64,000 bases of DNA from Dimorphilus gyrociliatus (lineage: Eukaryota > Animalia > Annelida), in assembly GCA_904063045.1 (NCBI GenBank), contig CAJFCJ010000021.1, positions 248,001-312,000 on the forward strand, in the 5' to 3' direction. Below, in pieces: positions 52,401 through 61,445 of the stretch. Each line of letters begins with the position of its first letter. Position 1 is the stretch's first letter. Below the pieces are notes generated by a model. It made no database searches. It saw nothing but the letters and a program-made list of their open reading frames with translations, and was not told the origin of the DNA. Made by a program: the position numbers and the translations under genes.

Positions 52401-53996
52401 GAATTTAAGTATATGAGAATGGACGGAACGACTAACATTGGATCACGTCAAACACTCATCTCGAAATTTAATAGCGATCAGTCTATATTCATATTCCTTC
52501 TAACAACAAGAGTTGGTGGACTTGGAGTGAACTTAACGGGGGCAAACAGAGTGATTATTTTCGATCCCGACTGGAATCCGTCAACGGATTCTCAGGCACG
52601 AGAACGAGCCTGGAGAATCGGTCAGCAAAAAGATGTAACAATATATCGGTTATTAACAACAGGAACAATTGAAGAGAAAATATATCATCGCCAAATTTTT
52701 AAACAGTTTCTCACAAATAGAGTTTTACAAGATCCAAAGCAAAGAAGATTCTTCAAAAAGAATGATATGCATGAATTATTTACGCTTACAGATGATATAA
52801 AAGGAATCAGTGAAACGGAGGCAATCTTTGCTGGCACCGGTAGTATTTTGAAGGCAAAAAAGAAAAATCGTTTTGATGAAATTCGGAAGGAAAAGAAATT
52901 CAGTGAAGAAGATTTTATAGATAATGAAGGTATAATAAACGAAACTCCTGGTGAAAGTAATGAGAAAAGCGATATACCAGAGGAGAAATTGAAAGAACTA
53001 AGGAAATTAGCCAAATACTGGAGTAAGAAATTAGAGGAAAAAATGGCAGAAAACACTAATAGTAAGGAAGAATCAAAAGACGAACCTGAATGTAGTAAAG
53101 CTGAATCAATTAAATTACAGAAAAAACCAAAAGCTAAAAAGAGAAAAGACGCAAGTTAGTACTAATAAATAATTTTTCTTTGTTTTCTTAAACAATAGCT
53201 TGTGTTTAAATCTTCAGAAATTGACGGCGAACGAATTGACTATCTAGCTAAAAAGCGTGTTTATAAGCAGCAGTCTTCTACTGAAACTACACAAAAATCT
53301 ACTGATCAAGATGATTATGTTCTTCAGAAATTACTTAAGCGATCCGGTGTACACACAGCCATGCGTCACGATAAAATTGTTGGAGCCAGCAATCCTGACT
53401 ACATGCTGGTTGAAAATGAAGCAAATAGAGTGGCTCGAGAAGCAGTTAAAGTTTTGAAGCAGTCAAGGGCAAGATGTAAACTTGCGTCAATAGGAACTCC
53501 TACTTGGACTGGAAAAAGCGGTGCTGCTGGAGCTCCACCTCTTAAGAGATTCGGTAAAAAAGCAGAAACAGAGAAACTAGTTAAAAGCAATTCAGAACCA
53601 ACTTTTAGTGGTGGGATCGCAGGAAGTAGCAAACTAGACGATAATAAACTAAATGAGCCTATGTCGTCGAATTTCCTTCTATCTCAGATGAGAGCTCGAA
53701 ATCTTAGAATGCAGGAAAGCGAAGATGAATTGGACGAAGAAAACTTGGTCAAAGAAGAGTTAACTTCAGTATCTAATGCTGATAAGGAGCTACTTGATGA
53801 TATTAGAATTTTTGTGTCATTTGGCGCAAGCATCGATGGACAAGCTACTACAGACGAAATAGTTCAACAATTCAGAGATCGAATTAGCAAACAAGACAAT
53901 GCGAAATTTAAGGCTATGTTAAGGCAAGTCTGCGTTTTTGAAAGGGACCCAAGAAGAAATGGGATATGGAAATTGAAAGAAGAATTTGTGGGTTAA
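49484..53996 (+). CDS. ERCC6: DNA excision repair protein ERCC-6 (Cockayne syndrome B, SNF2-family ATPase), ~1276 aa
   Basis: Exons 49484-49725, 49784-49847, 49906-50509, 50762-50915, 50988-51107, 51168-51326, 51384-51519, 51582-53154, 53218-53996 (3831 nt). Motifs [73 protein letters not shown], plus a C-terminal winged-helix-like region. Confidence 0.95.
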
Positions 53997-54389
53997 AGTC
54001 TAGTACAGTTCGAAAGTTTAGTTTCGAGATAATACAATATTTTACTAAAAACCGAAGAATTTATACAACATAAAAATGCACTTTTTTAAATTTCAACTAG
54101 ATAAAATAGACAAAAAAAAATATTGGATGCTTAGACTGGAACAGAGCTAGTACTCTATTACTGTTTATTGTATTAAATATTACTGAGTCATCGTTCTCGT
54201 GATATAAGACTTTTAGTATTTCTAAAAATTCAAATTAGCGCAATAATACTACCAGTTTTTGTTGAGTTTACATAAGCGACATCTATAAAAAAAAATCTAA
54301 TTAAAAATTTTGTTTTTAAATGCAATTTATGCAAAATAAATTTATTTGTTATAATTTACAAACTATTTAAAAAATAAAAATAATGTTCA

Positions 54390-54800
54390 ACCGGAAACGT
54401 CAACGGTCCTTCCTTTTATCTCTCCTCTTTTTGGCGTCTCACGTGTTACTGTAAGTTTTCAAAGATTTACTACTTTAAGTCAATTAAAAGACAAACTTCG
54501 ACGACATAGATTTATCCTAAATATATTTCACATGATTTTATATTAAAATCTTTGGTTAAAAATTAATTTTATGTTAAAAAATTGAACTCTTTCGGTTCCG
54601 TAGTCGCCACGCCGCCATGTTTTACAGACACGAGAAGCATGTGTTTATAAAGTCAACTAAACTAAACTATAATATCCTTATCGATATTAAAACATAAATA
54701 CTAACAAAAGTACGCAGACTTTCTAAAATAAATCACTCAGCCGAATTATATAAAAGTATATATTTTTGTGCTCGTTGTACTTATTATTTTAATGTTATAG
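54390..54800 (+). promoter_or_regulatory. RPSA promoter, non-coding first exon and 5'UTR intron (polypyrimidine TCT/5'TOP initiator, ETS-like and YY1-like sites)
   Basis: ACCGGAAA 54390-54397; pyrimidine tract 54407-54432; donor gtaagt 54451; GCCGCCATGTTT 54611-54622; acceptor ttatag 54800. This layout is established for metazoan ribosomal protein genes. Confidence 0.7.
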
Positions 54801-54830
54801 GTTGATTGCCGATTGCAAATATTCAACAAG

Positions 54831-55715
54831 ATGTCCGGAGGTTTAGATGTTCTAAATTTAAAAGAAGATGACGTAACCAAGTTCTTGGCTAGTGGAGCTC
54901 ATCTTGGTACCACCAATGTAGACTTCCAAATGGAACAATACATTTACAAGCGAAAAACCGATCTTGTATACATTATCAATTTGCGCAAAACTTGGGAAAA
55001 GCTTCTCTTGGCTGCCCGTGCCATCGCTGCAATTGAAAACCCAGCTGATGTAACTGTTATCTCAGCCAGACCCTATGGACAACGTGCCGTCTTGAAATTC
55101 GCTGCCTACACTGGAGCTACCGCCATTGCTGGCAGATTCACTCCTGGAGCCTTTACCAATCAGATCCAGGCTGCTTTCAGAGAACCAAGATTGCTCGTTG
55201 TTACTGATCCCAGAACTGACCACCAACCCGTAACTGAAGCTAGCTACGTCAACATCCCAGTTATTGCTTTCTGCAATACTGATTCTCCAATCAGACATGT
55301 TGACATCGCTATCCCATGCAACAACAAAAGTCAGTACTCTACTGGTCTTATGTGGTGGATGTTGGCAAGAGAAGTTCTTCGTCTCCGTGGCTCTATCTCT
55401 AGAGAACAACCATGGGATGTTATGGTCGATCTTTTCTTCTACAGAGATCCAGCTGAAGATGAAAAGGACGAACAGGCCGCTTTGCCCGACAAGACTACTG
55501 GAAAGGATGAGGCTCAACCTGACTGGAACCCAGAACCAATCGAAACCACCCAAGTACAAGATTGGTCGCAAGATGTGCCACCAGTTCCACTTAAGACCGC
55601 TAACCCAGTAGGATATGCTGCAACAACTGAAGATTGGGGTGCTGCCGCCAATGATGACTGGTCTGTCCCACAAGGACAAACCACCACCAACTGGGCCGGT
55701 ACTGGTACCTTCTAA
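54831..55715 (+). CDS. RPSA: 40S ribosomal protein SA (uS2 / laminin receptor 1), 294 aa, CDS in one exon
   Basis: [26 protein letters not shown]...[32 protein letters not shown]...IPCNNK, with acidic W-containing C-terminal repeats. The true ATG is 54831; the ORF track start 54813 is an upstream TTG. Confidence 0.97.
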   Translation: MSGGLDVLNLKEDDVTKFLASGAHLGTTNVDFQMEQYIYKRKTDLVYIINLRKTWEKLLLAARAIAAIENPADVTVISARPYGQRAVLKFAAYTGATAIAGRFTPGAFTNQIQAAFREPRLLVVTDPRTDHQPVTEASYVNIPVIAFCNTDSPIRHVDIAIPCNNKSQYSTGLMWWMLAREVLRLRGSISREQPWDVMVDLFFYRDPAEDEKDEQAALPDKTTGKDEAQPDWNPEPIETTQVQDWSQDVPPVPLKTANPVGYAATTEDWGAAANDDWSVPQGQTTTNWAGTGTF

Positions 55716-55955
55716 GAACTTAAAACGTTGAAAGCTAAATCAATACAACCTTTGGTTTTTGATGAAAAATATTTCGTGTAAATTTATTTAGATATCACAG
55801 AATAAGAGTTGAATAAGAGTTTATTTCACATAAAAATAGCATAAAACATACATTCTAAAATATAGTAAATAAACCTGATGTAGTTAACAAACACTAAATT
55901 TACTATACATAGTAATCTTCAGTGTAAAAAATTATTTGGATAATAGCCTCTAAAG

Positions 55956-57838
55956 CTAGGCCAATGAACTTCTTTGCTCGTTGGATCCGAATAAGAAAGT
56001 TTCATCACTTTTTAATTTAACATATTCGGATGTGTTTTTCCCGTGACTAGTCTTTATCTTTAGCACGAGTACAATTACGACTATGCAAGAAATGGCAATA
56101 CCCATCCAAATAGCTACCGACTTAGCACCAGCAATTGATACCAGACTTTCTTTTTTGGTCCCTAAACTAAATTCTACAATAACAAAGAACGTATTAGGCT
56201 ACTTTCAGTTTGGAATGTATACTTTTAAAAGACTTACGGTCGTTAAAAGACGACTTTGTTTCTGTCGCACTCTTTTTATTAATTGGTAAGAAATAATCTT
56301 CATGCATGGCGGGAGGAGGCAGCATGATTGTACGTAAATTATTAATAAGAGCAGCAGCTTCTTCTTTGATGGTTGGAAATTTATGATTATTTTTTCGTGC
56401 TATTATAAAAAAAAAGCAAATATTAATTAATTACATAGCATATTCTATGGTTATATATTTACTTTCGTTAATGAAGAAATTAGAGAAATACTGAGATATG
56501 CGTATTGCATGATACGTATGGGGTATATTCTTATTGGTAGAAAACATAAAGTTATTCTTTTCAGGGTGAAATTGTAGGCCGTAGATTGGATAATCGTAGG
56601 CTGAAATTTATTAAGAATTCTTCAAATAAACAAGATATATATAACTTTGTAGAAGTCTACGTACCCTCCATACTAGAAACGAATTCTATTCCGTGTCTAT
56701 CAATATTTGTTGAGAGTATTTTATAGAAATTACTTAATTTATAGTTGTTTTCATGAACTTTTGGTGTGATGCAATTGGTATGGAAATTTGATGTAACATG
56801 CTCATTTTTTAATATTCTTATAGCATCTTCAGGTGCATTTTTATACAATTTGCTTTCTTTAAAATCTAAAATAGTAAAGATTTGTCCAAGTTATTTAACT
56901 TTCCTCTATAAATAAAATAATAGAAAATTCCAACCTCTGACAAAGTTCAATGGTACTGTAATGTTTTCTGAACTACATTGTGTCATAATATCCTTTTTGG
57001 CTGTTAGAAACGTTAATTCCTCCATTCCAAGGCAGGTTCCCCAAATTGGAAAATAGTCGCCGTTGTCATTTGCCTATGTTATTTTAAATAAGGAAAATAT
57101 GAAAAGAATTTCTAGTGTTTGATTATTTTTAAATATTTTTTCTTTTGAAAAGAAAAAAGATCCACTTAAATAATAAGATTAATATTCAATCATGTTGAAT
57201 GAAACTGAACTAAGGTGACCCGTTCTAAAGTTAAGTAGGTACAAATTTTGGATTTATTACACAGTATACTACCACGTGACCAGACTTATTGTTAGAAACA
57301 AACCTTGATAGCGTACTTGTAGAGATATTCAGCAGCTACTTCGTAAGCTGAGTTATCTATTCTTACCGCACCTCCCGGAAGAAGAACCCTAAATGGAAAA
57401 ATAACAAAATATAACGCAAAGTTCAAATTTTAGAATGTCATAGTATATATTACCCGTTAATCTTGTCGAATAGATCTTTGTAGTATGCCTCATCTTCCCC
57501 TACTCTATAATAAAATGGAAAAGGTCAATTTCTATGTGTCGATCATGAATTGCAAAATATTTATAAACAACTTTACTTGATTGGAACTACTCGTCCTCCT
57601 GATTCTTCAACCCATGTTACATAAGCTGACATTAGATACGATTCTCCATATTCTTTTACTTCGTCGTCAACTTCTTGAAATAAAATACCTAAGAATAAAA
57701 GGGATTTATTAATTATATAAATCTTATCTTTAATAAATATAATAAAAACTATTGCGTTCTTCACTCACCAACAATAGGTCTATCATTTAAAGCACAACAT
57801 CCAACAAATAGAAATGCTAAAAGAAAATATTTCGACAT
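55956..57838 (-). CDS. GGH: Gamma-glutamyl hydrolase (peptidase C26) with signal peptide and predicted C-terminal transmembrane anchor, ~391 aa
   Basis: Exons 57838-57769, 57688-57577, 57504-57454, 57388-57304, 57073-56935, 56865-56665, 56600-56463, 56399-56238, 56173-55956 (1176 nt). Motifs NDRPIVGIL, INGVLLPGG, catalytic Cys in YFPIWGTCLG, catalytic His in QFHPEK. The last exon encodes VAIWMGIAISCIVVIVLVL plus a 32-aa tail. The GGH identity is very secure; use of the last exon is inferred. Confidence 0.88.
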
Positions 57839-58229
57839 TCTCAGCTGATGATTAAAATGGCAACTGTCGTATGATTCGATTATCTTCTCTATTTAAGCTT
57901 GTTATGAGTATATCATTTGGATTTTTGAACCTTGAACATTTCTGATAGGGTTGGTAACCTCTCGTGACGTCATTATGGGGAAATCCGTTTTAGTTTACAA
58001 GGGAGAGACCGGAAGCGGAGTGGCTAATTTTCGTGTAGACTGACCAGAGTCCGCGAAAAACTTGCTTAACAGTGATATAAGAACATTAATTTGAGGTAAT
58101 TGATGAGAGATATAAATTGATGTTTGTTTTAGAGGTCTAGATTTATTGATATCAATTCGCATGACGAATAATATCGTTTAAAATGGATTATGTTTCCCAT
58201 TTTCAACCAACTCTTTTTTTTCGAACCAG
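57839..58229. promoter_or_regulatory. Compact head-to-head GGH/ARPC1 promoter region including the non-coding first exon of ARPC1
   Basis: Only 418 nt separate the two start codons. Sites: TGACGTCA 57965-57972, ACCGGAAG 58008-58015, CGCGAAAA 58052-58059; donor ag|gtaatt 58096 and acceptor cag| 58229. Confidence 0.65.
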
Positions 58230-58256
58230 GAACTAACTTGCAATCGGAATAAAGAA

Positions 58257-60973
58257 ATGGCTCCTGAAAAGCATCGCTTTGGCTATCAGCCAATATCTTG
58301 TCATACATTCAATAAAGCTAGAAACGGTAAAATAAAGTGACAATTCAATTAGATAAAATATTTAAAAAACTATTACGACAGAGCTTGCTTTATCGCCAAA
58401 TAATCATGAAGTTCATCTTTTTAAATTGTCCGCTGGCAAATGGCAACTTTATGACAAATTGATAGAACATGTGCAACGCGTAACTGACGTTGATTGGGCA
58501 GCAAACTCTGATAGAATAGTTAGCTGTGGAGTTGTAAGTAAACAAGGAAACTTTTATAACTAATATATAAGCCATGTAAACAAAAACAATTTTTATTATG
58601 TTTTCATCTAGGATCGAAATGCTTATGTTTGGACTAGGCAAGCTGGCGGATGGAAACCAACATTGGTTATTTTGCGTATAAATCGAGCAGCCACTTGTGT
58701 TCGTTGGTCACCGCAAGGTTTTATTTTACAACCAAACAATTTATATACTTATTATCTAATTTCTTTTCAAACAGAGAATAAAATTGCGGTTGGATCTGGT
58801 GCTAGATTGATAGCAATTTGTTATTTTGACCAAACAGGAGATTGGTGGATTGCTAAACACGTTAAAAAGCCAATTAGGAGTACTGTTACATGGTAGATAA
58901 ATAATTTTTTACATATCATTTTCAGGAAATTGATTAAGTTTATCTTTTTAATTTTAACAGTATCGACTGGCATCCAAGTAACTACTTAATTGCATGCGGT
59001 TCAACCGATTTTAAAGCAAGGTTTGTTTACTCAACAGCATATGGATAGTCAAAGCTGAATATCTTTATTCAAATTGTTTAAATTTTTTTATAGAGTATTT
59101 TCTGCTTATGTAAAGGAAATCGAAAGCAAACCATCTGCCCTCAGCTGGGGTACAAAAATGCCATTTGGGAATGTTATGGCCGAATTTTCCAACGGAGGAG
59201 GTCACTATTTTTTTGTATCACAATTAGTATAACATTATTACTCATATGAAATTTTATTGTTAAAGGTGGTTGGGTTCATGCTGTTGCATTCTCCTCAGCT
59301 GGTGATAAGTTAGCCTGGGTTGGGCATGATTCTAGTATTTCTGTTGTCAATTCTTCTAACGGAAATGCGTAAGTACAAATTTTCCATTATTTCCATACTA
59401 TTACTCCATCTATCGTCGGTTTTCTACTAATTATAACCGATTGTAAGAAAATAGTCATTAATTGCCTGGGAATTGTAACCAAAAAAAAAAATTGTTTGAA
59501 CATGAACTGCAATGATATAATTTTTCTAACAGTAAAAAAAAAATAATCTAGGTCGGTCAAAGGAAAGCACTCAATAAACTTTGCTCCGAACTGTTCAATC
59601 TTTAAGATATTTTATATTGATAAATTGTAAATATATACAAAGTAAAAGAATTTTTCTCTTTGTCGAACTATTATTGGTTTTGGATTCTTCATAAAAAATA
59701 TTTTGAATAAATCTGTCTGTCTGTCTGTCTCTGTCCCTTCTTTTTGCTTCCCTAATCCTTTCTATTTTCAATTTTTCGTTAAATGATTATCTTTCCGATC
59801 AGTAGTTAAAGAATTATTCCTATGTTAAAATTTTGGCTTGAAGCCAATTAAATTTTGACTAAAACTTTTAGAAAATATTATTTACAATCTGAATTGTGAA
59901 AAATATTTCATTCTAAAAAAAAACATGTACAAACATTAAAATTTTTTATATCTATTTTTAGATTTTAAGTACAAAGTCGTCCTAATGTCTTATTATTACT
60001 ATTTATATTTCTAAAAATAGAATGGCAACTATTAAGACGGAGTATCTTCCGTTTATGACTCTAACTTGGATATCGGAGAATTGCATCCTGTCCGCTGGTC
60101 ACGATTGCGTACCGATGATATTCGAATATGATGGAAATAATATTAAATTTTCAACTAAATTGGAAAAGGAAACTACCGATGATAGTGAAAAAACTGTCTC
60201 CGCTAGAGATAAATTTTTAAAGTTAGATTCGCAGAGAACGGAGAGAAATGTCACGGAATTAAAGACAACCCACCAAAATACTATAACGTTAGTAATACAA
60301 TCGTTTTTTTATTAACTATTTCTATTTAATCATCTATCTAGGCCGATCCTTATTTTAAAATAATCTACCATTGTTTTATTGTACTTTATAGGCAAATTAG
60401 CATACATTCCGGGGCTGTTGGAAACGTTGGAAAGTTTTGTACTACTGGCAATGACGGCTTCTTATGCTCGTGGGACGTTAAGGTATAGAAAAATTTCCCA
60501 TTTTGAGTTATTGACATGTTTCTCGTACCTAAAAACCATTTATAAAAACCAAGTTAGTCATAGACTGTTTTTTAAAAGACCAATTGCGAAATTCATAGAG
60601 ATTAGGCCTTCATGTGGTATAGTGCATGATATTTAGATAAACATGATCTTATTGCATCATGTGATTTTATTTTTCAAGTACTCTGCGTATTCTCTTCTAA
60701 AGAGATCATAAGAAACTTAAGAATTATATAAATCATGGCTAAAAACCAAAAATTCTTTGATCGTTTCAACAGCGGAGAAAGAGATAAAGAATGATATAAG
60801 TTGTTTATAGATGCTATATACAATTTATATAAAATATATATCTTTTATAATATTTATAGACTGTGTGCCATTGGGCTTGTTAAGATTTAAACAATTTCAA
60901 CTTTATATTGACTTTTTGTTTTTTTTTTCAACAGACTCTCGAGAGGGCATTTTCCAATTTACGTTTGCGCTAA
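58257..60973 (+). CDS. ARPC1: Actin-related protein 2/3 complex subunit 1 (p41-Arc, WD40), 370 aa
   Basis: Exons 58257-58326, 58382-58533, 58612-58717, 58775-58892, 58961-59020, 59094-59200, 59266-59368, 60021-60287, 60392-60482, 60935-60973 (1113 nt). Motifs [63 protein letters not shown]. Confidence 0.95.
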
Positions 60974-61445
60974 ACCGTGGATGATTTGAAAAAACAAGCG
61001 CTTAATTTTTATTTTCTTAACCGATTTCTTTCTGTTTTCTCCATGAGTGATATAATACAGAAAATAAAGCTCTCTTAAAGATTAAAGCGAGTCTTAACAA
61101 TATCTGACCTTAATACTTCAAAAGACAAATTTTGTAAAAGACAATATCATTATCGCTTATGAGAAGAGTTTATTCTTTTACATAGTTTAATGTTTTGTTT
61201 TTACTTTTATTTATTCGCAAAAAGAGAATCACGGAAATATTTTAGAAGAAGTGAAATTATTGAACACAAACAGCTAGAAATATAATTTCGTATCTTCAGG
61301 AACTTTTGCAGGTTAGGTCAATCAGCCCATAGATGCGATATTAACCTGTTACGAAATGAGAGAAGAAAAAGGAATACCTTTTTCCTTGTCATAGTAGAAA
61401 GTATTTTAGTTATATATATATAAGAGTTTTTCTTGGTAAAAAGTC

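Noticed and set aside
49484-53996. ERCC6-piggyBac (PGBD3-like) fusion
   Set aside because: All ERCC6 introns are 252 nt or shorter and contain no transposase sequence.
55062-55679. 205-aa antisense ORF over RPSA, and similar shadow ORFs over the cyclase, ERCC6, HYKK and P450
   Set aside because: These mirror real CDSs. Biased sense codons reduce antisense stops, and the products show no recognisable protein features.
54831-55715. RPSA as a processed pseudogene
   Set aside because: Intact ORF, strong codon bias, pyrimidine initiator and spliceable 5'UTR intron; no poly(A) tail or target-site duplication.
58718-58774. 57-nt stop-free in-frame intron in ARPC1
   Set aside because: Retention would insert 19 residues into a WD40 blade; at 19 codons the absence of stops is plausible by chance.
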